A DNA stretch of 64,000 bases from Thermosynechococcus sp. (GTDB lineage: Bacteria; Cyanobacteriota; Cyanobacteriia; Thermosynechococcales; Thermosynechococcaceae). Every line of letters starts with the position of its first letter. Position 1 is the first letter of the stretch. The notes beneath the pieces were generated by a model. It was given only the letters and a program-made list of their open reading frames with translations, did not search any database and had not been told where the DNA came from. Of the stretch, positions 42,286 through 52,928 are shown one piece after another. Position numbers and translations under genes: made by a program. The DNA lies in the NCBI RefSeq assembly GCF_025999095.1, contig NZ_AP024678.1, positions 649,527 to 713,526 on the forward strand, in the 5' to 3' direction.

Positions 42286-44826
42286 ATGAACACCAGAGGA
42301 CACCTTGTCTCGGGTGCGATCGCCCTTGGAAGTAGTCTGATTGTGGGTCTGGGGGTTCCAACTCTAGCCCAGCCATCCCCCCCGCAATTTCAGGAACTGG
42401 TCAATCAACTTGATGAGCAAATTTATCAACTGCGGAAACAAGGCGATGTGCAGGCTGCTATCCCCCTCGCAGAGCGCCTTGTGACCCTCGTGGAAAACAC
42501 CCTAGGCCCCAACCATACCCGTTTGGCAGCGAGTCTCAACGAGTTGGCAAAGCTCCATGTTGACCAAGGAAATTATGCAGCAGCCCTCCCCCTCTATCAG
42601 CGGGCATTGGCTATCTATGAGCGGGCTGGGGGCTCAGATCAACCAGAGGTGGCAGCAATACTCAATAACTTGGCCAATCTCTACCGTGCCCAAGGGAACT
42701 ATGATGCTGCGTTGCCAGTGTTCCAGCGGGCATTGGCGATCGCCGAAAAGGCTCTAGGGTTAGATCATCCAGAGGTGGCTATCACTCTCAATAACATGGC
42801 CCTGCTCTACAGCGAGCAAAAAAACTACACAGCGGCTGTGTCCCTCTACCAGCAGGCCTTGGGCATATTGGAGCGCGCCTTTGGGCCAAAGAATCCCCTC
42901 TTTGCAACGACGCTCAATAATTTGGCAGGCGTCTATCGAGCCCAAAAAAATTATGGGGCTGCCCTGCCGCTGTACCAACGCGCCCTTGAGATTCGTGAGC
43001 AGATCTGGCCCGCCGGTCACCCCGATATTGCTGCTAGCTTGAATAATTTAGGTACGCTCTATTTTGAGCAGCGCAATTACTCAGCCGCCCTTCCTCTATA
43101 CCAACGAGCGGTGGCGATCGCCCAATCTCGCCTAGGGCCCAACCATCCCAATACTGCCCTTGCCCTGAGTAACCTTGCTGCTGTCTATTGGCAGCAGGGA
43201 AATCTACCGCAAACCCTGGCGTTATTCAAAACCGTGCAGGCGATCGAAGAAAAAAATCTTAGTCAAAATCTGATTGTGGGTTCTGAGGATTACAAGCGCA
43301 ACTATTTGACAACCTTTCAAGACAGCACCAATGCCATTCTCACCTTCCACCTTCAGAGTCTGCCCCAGAATCCTGAGGCCGCTGCCCTTGCTTTGACAAC
43401 TCTCTTGGGTCGCAAGGGGCGATTACTGGATTTTCTCAGCCAAAACCAAGCACGATTGCAGCGCCAACTGGCTCCCTCAGATCAAGCTAAACTTGAGCAG
43501 CTCATTGGACTGCGCGCCACCATTGCCAAACTCGCCTTTGCCGCCACAGAACCGGCAGCCTTAGCCCAAGTGCAGCAGCTGCAGGCTCAGGCCAACCAAC
43601 TGGAGGCCGAATTGAGTCTCCGCAGTGCTGCCTTTCGCGAATTGACTGAGCCAGTGACCCTCGCCGCTGTGCAACGGGCTATCCCTGACGATGCCGTTTT
43701 GATCGAGTTTGTTCGTTATCGCCCCTACGATCTGACGACGCAGCGATTTGTGGAGCCGCGCTATGCCGTGTACGTCTTGGCCCCTAGGGGGCAACCCCAG
43801 GGCAAGGACATTGGCGCTGCAACTGAAATTGAGGATCTTGTCCGCCAAACTCGGTTGCGATTGGCCGATCCTCGCTTGGTCAAAGATGCTGTGCAACAGC
43901 CCGCCCAAGCCCTGACCCAGCGGCTGATCACGCCGATTCGTCCATGGATTGGTAAAGCCACCCACTTGCTCATTGCTCCCGATGGCGAACTCAATACCAT
44001 TCCCTTTCAGGCGCTTGTGGATGCCCAGGGGCGCTACTTAGTGGAATCCTATCTGATCACCCTGCTGACCTCTGGGCGCGACCTCCTGCGTCTGCAGTTG
44101 CCACCAACCTCTGCTCAACCCCCCTTGATTGTGGCTGACCCCAGTTTCAGTCATGCCCTTGAGAATGTCTCGCCGTCGCTATTGACCCTGCGTTCTGTTG
44201 ATTTGCGGGATTTGACCTTTGCGCCCCTCCCCGGAACGGCTGAAGAAGCGCAGGCGTTGAAGACGCTTCTCCCCCAAGCCCAGGTGTTGATTCAAGCGGC
44301 GGCTACGGAGACAGCACTCAAGCGGGCAAATTCCCCCAAGATCCTCCATTTAGCAACCCATGGCTTCTTTTTGAGCGATTTAAGCAGCAGGGGCGTCTTG
44401 GAAAACCCCCTCCTCCGGTCAGGTTTAGCCTTAGCGGGCTTTAACACACGCCAGAGGGGTTCTGCAATGGATGATGGTGTGCTCACTGCCCTAGAGGTCA
44501 CGGGGATGAATCTCAGGGGCACGGAGTTAGTCGTGTTATCCGCCTGTGATACGGGGCGAGGCGAGGTGGTGAATGGGGAGGGAGTCTATGGGCTGCGGCG
44601 GGCTTTCACCTTAGCTGGGGCGCGATCGCAAGTGACTACACTGTGGAAAGTGGCGGATCAAACTACCCGCGAAATAATGGTTGCCTTTTACCAAAACCTG
44701 CGCCGTGGCATGGGGCGAACAGAAGCCCTGCGGCAAGTCCAGCTGCAGCGACTCAAGGAGGAATCTCCCTACTATTGGGCAGCGTTTGTGTCCAGTGGTG
44801 ATTGGTCTCCCTTAGCATTGCCCTGA
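42286..44826 (+). CDS. exported TPR-repeat / CHAT-domain (caspase-like) protein
   Basis: Signal peptide ...GVPTLA/QP, followed by about seven TPR_12-type units (LNNLANLYRAQGNYDAALPVFQRALAI). The C-terminal CHAT domain has the His context ILHLATHGFF and the Cys context LVVLSACDTG. Confidence 0.85.
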   Translation: MNTRGHLVSGAIALGSSLIVGLGVPTLAQPSPPQFQELVNQLDEQIYQLRKQGDVQAAIPLAERLVTLVENTLGPNHTRLAASLNELAKLHVDQGNYAAALPLYQRALAIYERAGGSDQPEVAAILNNLANLYRAQGNYDAALPVFQRALAIAEKALGLDHPEVAITLNNMALLYSEQKNYTAAVSLYQQALGILERAFGPKNPLFATTLNNLAGVYRAQKNYGAALPLYQRALEIREQIWPAGHPDIAASLNNLGTLYFEQRNYSAALPLYQRAVAIAQSRLGPNHPNTALALSNLAAVYWQQGNLPQTLALFKTVQAIEEKNLSQNLIVGSEDYKRNYLTTFQDSTNAILTFHLQSLPQNPEAAALALTTLLGRKGRLLDFLSQNQARLQRQLAPSDQAKLEQLIGLRATIAKLAFAATEPAALAQVQQLQAQANQLEAELSLRSAAFRELTEPVTLAAVQRAIPDDAVLIEFVRYRPYDLTTQRFVEPRYAVYVLAPRGQPQGKDIGAATEIEDLVRQTRLRLADPRLVKDAVQQPAQALTQRLITPIRPWIGKATHLLIAPDGELNTIPFQALVDAQGRYLVESYLITLLTSGRDLLRLQLPPTSAQPPLIVADPSFSHALENVSPSLLTLRSVDLRDLTFAPLPGTAEEAQALKTLLPQAQVLIQAAATETALKRANSPKILHLATHGFFLSDLSSRGVLENPLLRSGLALAGFNTRQRGSAMDDGVLTALEVTGMNLRGTELVVLSACDTGRGEVVNGEGVYGLRRAFTLAGARSQVTTLWKVADQTTREIMVAFYQNLRRGMGRTEALRQVQLQRLKEESPYYWAAFVSSGDWSPLALP

Positions 44827-46112
44827 TGACGATGGTTCGTGCGATTCAATACCGTCTAGCACTGTGGTACGTAGGAGTAACGGCACTCCTGCTCCTCATT
44901 TTTGCGACGGGGTTCTTTTTTTATGTGCGGGGAACCCTGATCGAGCGGATTGATGATACCCTTAGCCACGTTGTTGAGGTGGTGAGCCGCTCCCTAATTA
45001 TTGACACGGGCACAGCAGCAGCCATTGATTGGCAAACCAGTCTAGGCAGTAGTCCCGTTGCGGCACTGGAGGAAGATCACATTGACCTTGAGGGGTTTAC
45101 CCCAAATCAGCAGTTGGCTTGGAGCACGTTTTCAGAACCCCTTGATCTGCCTTTGCATCCGAGTCGGACGGCGCAAACGGTACAGGTGGGGAAGGATCGC
45201 TGGCTCCGGCAGATGACAGTGGCCTTAGTCGTGGGCGATCGCCTCCTGGGCTATTTGCGGGTCAGCCATCCTTGGTTCGAGGTAACGCAACCCAGTCAAG
45301 CCCTCCTCTGGGATCTCTTAGTCGGTATTACCCTCACGCTGACACTGGTGAGTATTAGTGGCTGGTTCCTGTCACGGCTAGCCATTGCCCCCTTGCAGCA
45401 ATCCTATGCCTATTTGAAGCAATTTACCGCCGATGCCTCCCATGAACTGCGTAACCCCGTGGCCCTGATTCAAACCAATGTTCAAGTTGCCTTAGCCACT
45501 GCGGATCCGGAAGCCCAACGCCAACAACTCCTGGTCATTGAACGCCTTAGTCGTCGCCTCAGCCGTTTGGTGGATGATTTGCTGTTTCTGGCTCGCCAAG
45601 ATAGCGGCATGATTCCCCTGCAGGCCCAACCCTGCCACCTCGATGCGATTCTTTTGGGGGTGATTGAGGAGCAGATGCCCCTGATTGAACAAAAGCACCT
45701 GCAACTGGAGTTGGAGCTGGCCGATCCCCAAACCGCAGAAGCAACAGCCTATCGCCTTTGGGGCAACCCCGATCATCTCAGCCGCCTGTTAACCAATATC
45801 CTCAGTAATGCTGTGCAATATACCCCTGCGGGCGGTCAGATTCAAGTGAGGTTGGAGCAGCAGGGTAAATTTTACCGTGTGGTAATTGCCGATAATGGAC
45901 CGGGGATTCCTGCCAGTGAACTGCCCCGCCTGTTTGATCGCTTTTATCGCCTTCAGGGCACAAAGTCCGAAGGAACGGGTTTAGGGCTGGCGATCGCCCA
46001 GTCCATTGTTCAGGCCCATCGAGGTCAGATTCAGGTGACCAGCGAAGTCGGTCAAGGCACCTGCTTTACGATTCTGCTGCCAACGGAAATAAAAGAATCT
46101 AGATCGCTCTAG
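44826..46112 (+). CDS. two-TM sensor histidine kinase (HisKA + HATPase_c)
   Basis: H-box FTADASHELRNPVALI, N-box NILSNAVQYTP, G1 DNGPGI, F FDRFYR and G2 GTGLGLAIA. The ATG at 44826 shares its A with the TGA of the CHAT gene. Confidence 0.88.
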   Translation: MTMVRAIQYRLALWYVGVTALLLLIFATGFFFYVRGTLIERIDDTLSHVVEVVSRSLIIDTGTAAAIDWQTSLGSSPVAALEEDHIDLEGFTPNQQLAWSTFSEPLDLPLHPSRTAQTVQVGKDRWLRQMTVALVVGDRLLGYLRVSHPWFEVTQPSQALLWDLLVGITLTLTLVSISGWFLSRLAIAPLQQSYAYLKQFTADASHELRNPVALIQTNVQVALATADPEAQRQQLLVIERLSRRLSRLVDDLLFLARQDSGMIPLQAQPCHLDAILLGVIEEQMPLIEQKHLQLELELADPQTAEATAYRLWGNPDHLSRLLTNILSNAVQYTPAGGQIQVRLEQQGKFYRVVIADNGPGIPASELPRLFDRFYRLQGTKSEGTGLGLAIAQSIVQAHRGQIQVTSEVGQGTCFTILLPTEIKESRSL

Positions 46113-46166
46113 ATCGCTGGTACGATCATCGCCAGAGTTATCCCCAAATCAGCCCATTTCATTAGG

Positions 46167-47744
46167 ATGGCCACCACTGTGGAAAAGAAATCCCGTTCCC
46201 TTGCCCACATTGCCACCATTGTTGCCATTGCTACGCTGTTGAGTAAAGTCGCCGGCCTGGTTCGCCAGCAGGCGATCGCTGCCGAATTTGGTGTTGGCGC
46301 CGCAGTGGATGCCTACAGTTACGCCTATGTGATTCCGGGGTTTCTCTTTGTGCTCTTGGGGGGGATCAATGGCCCTTTCCACAGTTCGATCATCAGTGTG
46401 GTTCTTAAGCAACCGCCGGCAAAAGCCGCGCCCCTCGTGGAAACCATTACCACCGTTGTGGGCGCCCTATTGCTGGTGCTAACTGTCATTTTGATGGTGC
46501 TGGCGGATCCCTTGATTCAACTCATTGCCCCCGGCGCCAGTCCAGAGATCCAAGCCTTAGCCGCAGAGCAATTTCGGATTATGGCCCCCTTGGCCGTACT
46601 CTCGGGTTTGATTGGCATTGGCTTTGGCACCCTCAATGCTGCCGATCAGTACTGGTTGCCTTCCATGAGTCCCCTGCTGTCTAGCTTGGCGGTAATCATT
46701 GGGATTTGGTTCTTTGCCGACGAATTTGGCCCAGCAGTGCTCGCTTGGGGAACCCTAGCGGGGGGAGTGCTGCAATGGCTTGTACAAATTCCTGCCCAAT
46801 GGAAAGCTGGCATGGGCACATTGCGATTACGTTTTGATCTCCATCGTCCCGAAGTGTGGGAACTGATCCGCCTCATGGGACCGGCTACCCTCTCCTCAGG
46901 CATGCTGCTTATCAGCGTTTATATCAGTCTCTTCTTTGCCTCCCAGTTGCCTGTGGGTGCTGCGTCGGCCTTGAGTTACTCCCAACTCCTATTTTTGACG
47001 CCCTTGGGGATTCTCTCCAATGTGATCCTTGTGCCCTATATGCCCATTTTTTCAAAGTTGGCACAGCCAGAACACTGGCCGCATCTTAAGGAACGCATTC
47101 GCCAGAGCTTGGTGCTCACGGCCTTGAGTATGATGCCCCTCGGTGGCATGATGGCGGCTTTGGCATTGCCGGCAGTGCGAGTGGTCTATGAGCGGCGGGC
47201 CTTTGATTTTCAGGCCTCCCAATTGGTGGCGGCGCTTCTGCTGGTCTATGCCATTGGCATGTTTTTCTACCTTGCCCGCGACGTGATTGTGCGGGTCTTT
47301 TATGCCCTTGAGGATGGTCGCACCCCCCTGCAGATCACCCTCTGGGGGCTGGGTGTAAATGCCCTGTTTTGCTTTTTCTTTACCCAAGCTTTTGGCGCCG
47401 TCGGCCTTGCAATGGCGACAGTGGGGGTGAATACGGTATCGTTTATTGCCCTTACGTGGATTTTGCACCGCCGTTTGGAGGGGCTCCCTTGGGGGGAGTT
47501 GATTGGGCCTTTGCTGGGAATTGCCCTAGCTAGTGTTCTCGCTGGGGGAGCAGGTTGGGGTACCCTCAAAGGGCTGGAATTGCTCTGGGGGCGGGAAGGT
47601 TTGGGGGTACAACTGGTGCAGTTGGCGATCGCCGCCAGCGTCGGCCTGATCATTTTTGCAGTGGCTATCTCGCCCCTGAATCTGCCAGAGCTGGAGTTTT
47701 TTCTAAGTAAAGTCCGGCGGTTTTTGCCCAAGGGATACCAGTAA
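46167..47744 (+). CDS. murJ: lipid II flippase MurJ (MviN)
   Basis: 525-aa protein with about 14 TM segments. The N-terminus SLAHIATIVAIATLLSKVAGLVRQQAIAAEFGVGAAVDAYSYAYVIPGFL is typical of MurJ. Confidence 0.88.
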   Translation: MATTVEKKSRSLAHIATIVAIATLLSKVAGLVRQQAIAAEFGVGAAVDAYSYAYVIPGFLFVLLGGINGPFHSSIISVVLKQPPAKAAPLVETITTVVGALLLVLTVILMVLADPLIQLIAPGASPEIQALAAEQFRIMAPLAVLSGLIGIGFGTLNAADQYWLPSMSPLLSSLAVIIGIWFFADEFGPAVLAWGTLAGGVLQWLVQIPAQWKAGMGTLRLRFDLHRPEVWELIRLMGPATLSSGMLLISVYISLFFASQLPVGAASALSYSQLLFLTPLGILSNVILVPYMPIFSKLAQPEHWPHLKERIRQSLVLTALSMMPLGGMMAALALPAVRVVYERRAFDFQASQLVAALLLVYAIGMFFYLARDVIVRVFYALEDGRTPLQITLWGLGVNALFCFFFTQAFGAVGLAMATVGVNTVSFIALTWILHRRLEGLPWGELIGPLLGIALASVLAGGAGWGTLKGLELLWGREGLGVQLVQLAIAASVGLIIFAVAISPLNLPELEFFLSKVRRFLPKGYQ

Positions 47745-47831
47745 TCGGTTGCCATAGTATGCTAGTAAATCGGCCAATGACAAGCAGCGTTTTTGCGCCT
47801 CATCCCATCTGCCTCTGCCGTGGAGTACACC

Positions 47832-48941
47832 ATGAAAGTTGTTTGTTCACAATCGATTCTCAATAGTAAACTGGCCCCCCTGAGTCGTGTTGCTCCTAGC
47901 AATCCGTCGCACCCGATTTTGGCGAATATTCTGCTGCAAGCTGAGGGTGGCCGCCTTGGACTCTCCGTCTTTGATCTCAGTCTGGGGATGCAAATCTGGC
48001 TCGATGCAGAGGTGAAGGTGCCGGGGGCGATTACCGTTTCCGCCAAGCTCTTTAGTGAGATGGTGTCGCGGATGCCCAATCGCGATATTGAGATTACGGC
48101 GGAAGATACGCGGGTGATCCTTGACTATGGCAGTGGTTTCTTTGAGATTCAGGGGATGACTGCTGAGGAATTTCCTGCGTTGCCCACGTTAGAGGATGTG
48201 ACGCCCGTTACTTTAACCGCTGAGGCATTGCGGCGGGGACTTCAGGGGAGCTTGTTTGCAGCCAGCACTGATGAAACCAAGCAAATTCTCACCGGGTTAC
48301 ACGTGACCTTTGAGGTTGATTGCCTTGAGTTTGCGGCTACCGATGGCCACCGCCTTGCTGTTACCGTAACTGAACAGCCTGTTCCTGAAGCTCTCTCGCC
48401 GATTACGATTCCCGCAAAATCCCTCAAAGATCTAGAGCGGCTGATGGCGAAACAAGATGGGGATGTGACACTCCGCTGTGACCCCACCCAGGTGGTGTTT
48501 GACCTTGGCAATGATGCTCGCATCACCAGCCGTCTGCTGGAGGGTCAGTACCCCAACTACCGCCAACTGGTTCCCAAAACCTTTGCTCGCCAAGTCACGG
48601 TTGAGCGAGCGGCCTTGGCAGATGCCCTAGAACGGGTGGCGATTCTTGCGGCTCAAAAGAATAACGTTGTCAAAATCAACATTGATACTGAGGCTCAAGA
48701 ACTCAAACTCTCCGCTGAGGCTCCGCAATTGGGAAGTGGTGAGGAGAATGTGCCGGCTCAAATTTCTGGGGAGTCAATGCAGGTGGCCTTCAACGTCAAA
48801 TACCTCCTTGAAGGACTGAAGGTGATGAATAGTTCCGATGTGCAACTTCAGCTCAATGGCGAAACCCAGCCCGCGATCCTCCTCCCCCTTGGGGCAGCCC
48901 AGATGAAATACTTGGTGATGCCAATTCAAATTCGCGCTTAG
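47832..48941 (+). CDS. dnaN: DNA polymerase III beta sliding clamp
   Basis: MKVVCSQSILNSKLAPLSRV...HPILANILLQAE...ATDGHRLAV...RLLEGQYPNYRQLVP...YLVMPIQIR. I prefer the ATG at 47832 to the start at 47793 in the ORF track. Confidence 0.95.
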   Translation: MKVVCSQSILNSKLAPLSRVAPSNPSHPILANILLQAEGGRLGLSVFDLSLGMQIWLDAEVKVPGAITVSAKLFSEMVSRMPNRDIEITAEDTRVILDYGSGFFEIQGMTAEEFPALPTLEDVTPVTLTAEALRRGLQGSLFAASTDETKQILTGLHVTFEVDCLEFAATDGHRLAVTVTEQPVPEALSPITIPAKSLKDLERLMAKQDGDVTLRCDPTQVVFDLGNDARITSRLLEGQYPNYRQLVPKTFARQVTVERAALADALERVAILAAQKNNVVKINIDTEAQELKLSAEAPQLGSGEENVPAQISGESMQVAFNVKYLLEGLKVMNSSDVQLQLNGETQPAILLPLGAAQMKYLVMPIQIRA

Positions 48942-49570
48942 CGCAGGAAGTTGCTGGTGAACCAAAAGGCAACAAAAACGCCAATACCCACCAGTTGATC
49001 CACGTTCAGGAAGACCCCCGCCAGCCCAAGCTGATAGATACCCACGGCGATCACCGTACCCAAGATCAGGGCAAGGAGGGTGATTGAAAAGGCACGGCCA
49101 AGGCGTTTTTCCTTGCGTTGCAGCCACACTAGGTTAAAGCCAATCCCCAGCGACAGCACCAAGGCCAAGGTGTCGGGATTGGCCTGAGCCAGCCCGATCG
49201 CCATCAGAACGGCATAGACGGTTGAGGTAATGGTGATGCCCCGCAGGTTGGGGGTGTCCAACTGTTGCTGCCACCACTGAAGGGCGGGATGGTTGGCAAT
49301 GGGATTTGGCTTTGCTGGCGCTGTTTCGTTCAGTTGCTCAGCATAGCGAATGCGCTCAGGCACTTTGATTTTGCCCTCTTGGCGTTGCCGCAGCCGATCC
49401 ATCAAAATTGCATCGTAGGCTGCTTCAATTTCGGTGCGCTGCCGTTCATCCCCCGGATGAGCCGCTAATAGCGCATCCCGTGCGTCTTTAATCTGCTCGA
49501 AAGAAGCGTCTTCCGGCACTTGCAGCTTTTCGTAGGGGTTATCACTCATGGCAAATTGATCTTTGTTCAT
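48938..49570 (-). CDS. CPP1/CDF1-like J-like-domain membrane protein
   Basis: J-like domain NPYEKLQVPEDASFEQIKDARDALLAAHPGDE (HPGD in place of HPD), followed by three to four C-terminal TM helices. The start may instead be the Met at 49549. Confidence 0.65.
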   Translation of the reverse strand: MNKDQFAMSDNPYEKLQVPEDASFEQIKDARDALLAAHPGDERQRTEIEAAYDAILMDRLRQRQEGKIKVPERIRYAEQLNETAPAKPNPIANHPALQWWQQQLDTPNLRGITITSTVYAVLMAIGLAQANPDTLALVLSLGIGFNLVWLQRKEKRLGRAFSITLLALILGTVIAVGIYQLGLAGVFLNVDQLVGIGVFVAFWFTSNFLR

Positions 49571-50194
49571 TGGCCATTCTTACGGGCAGTATCAACAGCG
49601 GACTGAAGGCTACCCTACAGCTTTTTCGTAACGATGCCGTACCTTTCCAAGGAGCTGATCTTGCTCGTTTAGATGGATGGCACAGAAAAAAACTGCAGCG
49701 CGATCGCCTTCCCTCAAATTCTAGCGACTTCCTAGGAAAAACGAGAGAAAGTGGCGATTAAAGGGATGCAACCCCTTAAATGTAACAAATAATTTACTTT
49801 TGAGATTTTTAATTATTCTTTACAACGCTGCGGGCGATCGCCCCCCAGGAGAACAGTTTCTTGTTGCACATTTCCTTTGGCGCGATCGCGTGGCAGCCAA
49901 ACTTGAGCTTTGGGGTCAGTTGGTCAGGGGATGACTTGGGGAGGGGGAACTTTTGTATTTTTGTTTAATTTGGCAATAAAAATAACAGCAAAAACGTGAA
50001 AACTAGTTTCTTAAAGAATTACTGCTTGTCTGAGAGACTTAGAGAGCCTGAAAAATTTTTTACTGATCCTCAAGGAGGCTGAAATTTTATTACGCAAAAA
50101 TAATTTTCTTGACCGCTGCGGCTTCTGGCGATCGCTGGCGGACAATAGCAGTTAGGTCATCGTGTCGCTCCATTACCTAGGAGGCAAGGTCAAC

Positions 50195-51040
50195 GTGAAA
50201 CTCGCAGTGTACGGCAAAGGTGGAATTGGCAAATCCACCACCAGTTGCAACATCTCGGTGGCGCTGGCGCGGCGGGGCAAAAAAGTCCTGCAAATTGGCT
50301 GTGACCCCAAGCACGACAGCACATTTACCCTCACGGGCTTTCTGATTCCCACCATCATTGACACCCTCCAAGCCAAGAACTATCACTACGAAGATATCTG
50401 GCCAGAGGATGTAATCTACAAAGGGTATGGCGGTGTGGATTGTGTTGAAGCGGGTGGCCCTCCGGCCGGGGCAGGTTGTGGTGGTTATGTTGTCGGTGAA
50501 ACCGTCAAGCTCCTCAAGGAACTCAATGCCTTTGATGAATACGATGTCATTCTCTTTGACGTTCTTGGGGATGTGGTCTGTGGTGGCTTTGCCGCCCCCC
50601 TCAACTATGCTGATTATTGCCTGATTGTCACCGATAACGGCTTTGATGCCCTCTTTGCGGCCAATCGCATTGCCGCCTCCGTCCGCGAAAAAGCGCGCAC
50701 GCGCCCTCTGCGCCTTGCGGGTCTCATTGGTAATCGCACCAGTAAGCGGGATCTCATTGAAAAGTATGTGGAAGCAGTTCCCATGCCCATCCTTGAGGTG
50801 CTGCCGCTGATTGAGGATATTCGCGTGTCGCGGGTTAAGGGCAAAACTCTCTTTGAGATGGCGGAAAGTGATCCTAGTCTCAACTATGTTTGTGACTACT
50901 ACTTGAACATTGCCGATCAAATTTTGGCGCGGCCGGAGGGTGTTGTGCCTAAGGATGCCCCCGATCGCGACCTCTTTGCCCTGCTATCTGACTTCTACTT
51001 GAATCCTCAGGGAGCAGAGCGTTCACTCGCTGCTGTCTAA
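50195..51040 (+). CDS. chlL: light-independent protochlorophyllide reductase, iron-sulfur ATP-binding subunit
   Basis: (V)[24 protein letters not shown]...GCDPKHDST...CGGFA. The GTG at 50195 lies 10 nt after AGGAGG, so the GTG at 50162 in the ORF track is probably too far upstream. Confidence 0.95.
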   Translation: MKLAVYGKGGIGKSTTSCNISVALARRGKKVLQIGCDPKHDSTFTLTGFLIPTIIDTLQAKNYHYEDIWPEDVIYKGYGGVDCVEAGGPPAGAGCGGYVVGETVKLLKELNAFDEYDVILFDVLGDVVCGGFAAPLNYADYCLIVTDNGFDALFAANRIAASVREKARTRPLRLAGLIGNRTSKRDLIEKYVEAVPMPILEVLPLIEDIRVSRVKGKTLFEMAESDPSLNYVCDYYLNIADQILARPEGVVPKDAPDRDLFALLSDFYLNPQGAERSLAAV

Positions 51041-51084
51041 AACTCCCCTAGAATACTCCACGCAACCCCCTCGCTGGAGTCAGT

Positions 51085-51465
51085 ATGAACCCTGAACAAC
51101 TACGGCAAAGCGCACGCAGCAAGTGGCTGGCCTACTATCAAGAAAACCGCCATTGGATTGTTCGCCTGGCCATTTGGAGTACCTACCGCGGTCAACGGCG
51201 CCCCTCCTCGAGCTTTATTTTGGCCGTGCTCACGACCCTAGAGCCCCGCCTACTGGATGCTCTACCCGTCATTGTCGAACTCACCAATGATCCCGATCGC
51301 ATTATTTCTGCCCTTGGTTTGAACTTCAACCCTGACGAAGAGCTAGCCAATCGCGATAACCCCCCTCAACTGCCCCCGGAACCTCGCTTACTCCCGCCTC
51401 AGCCCTTTGTGAGTAATCGAGCTGAAGAACACAGTGAAGAGGCCGCTCAAACCCATCAAACCTAG
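51085..51465 (+). CDS. small hypothetical protein between chlL and chlN (I recall similar ORFs annotated as DUF5331)
   Basis: 126 aa, with GGAG 5 nt before the ATG. The N-terminal half is Trp/Arg-rich (WLAYYQENRHWIVRLAIWSTYRGQRRP) and the tail is Pro/acidic. It is co-oriented, with gaps of 44 and 33 nt. Confidence 0.6.
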   Translation: MNPEQLRQSARSKWLAYYQENRHWIVRLAIWSTYRGQRRPSSSFILAVLTTLEPRLLDALPVIVELTNDPDRIISALGLNFNPDEELANRDNPPQLPPEPRLLPPQPFVSNRAEEHSEEAAQTHQT

Positions 51466-51474
51466 TTTCAATAG

Positions 51475-52881
<1,407 letters not shown>

Positions 52882-52916
52882 GAAAAAGAACCCCCTCTGA
52901 AGGTAGCGAGAGGGGG
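52882..52916 (-). terminator. hairpin terminator between the convergent genes chlN and pilQ (T-tract on the pilQ strand)
   Basis: CCCCCTCT (52891-52898), a 10-nt loop, then AGAGGGGG (52909-52916), a perfect 8-bp stem. The minus strand reads the hairpin followed by TTCTTTTTCTC. Confidence 0.6.
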
Positions 52917-52928
52917 AAACAAGCCACC

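Noticed and set aside
49571-50160. Possible replication origin (oriC), because an AT-rich spacer lies about 0.6 kb downstream of dnaN
   Set aside because: I scanned the spacer, and the 87-bp dnaN upstream region, for DnaA boxes (TTATCCACA / TTTTCCACA or their complements). No match was better than three mismatches. There is no dnaA gene here, and AT-richness alone is not sufficient.
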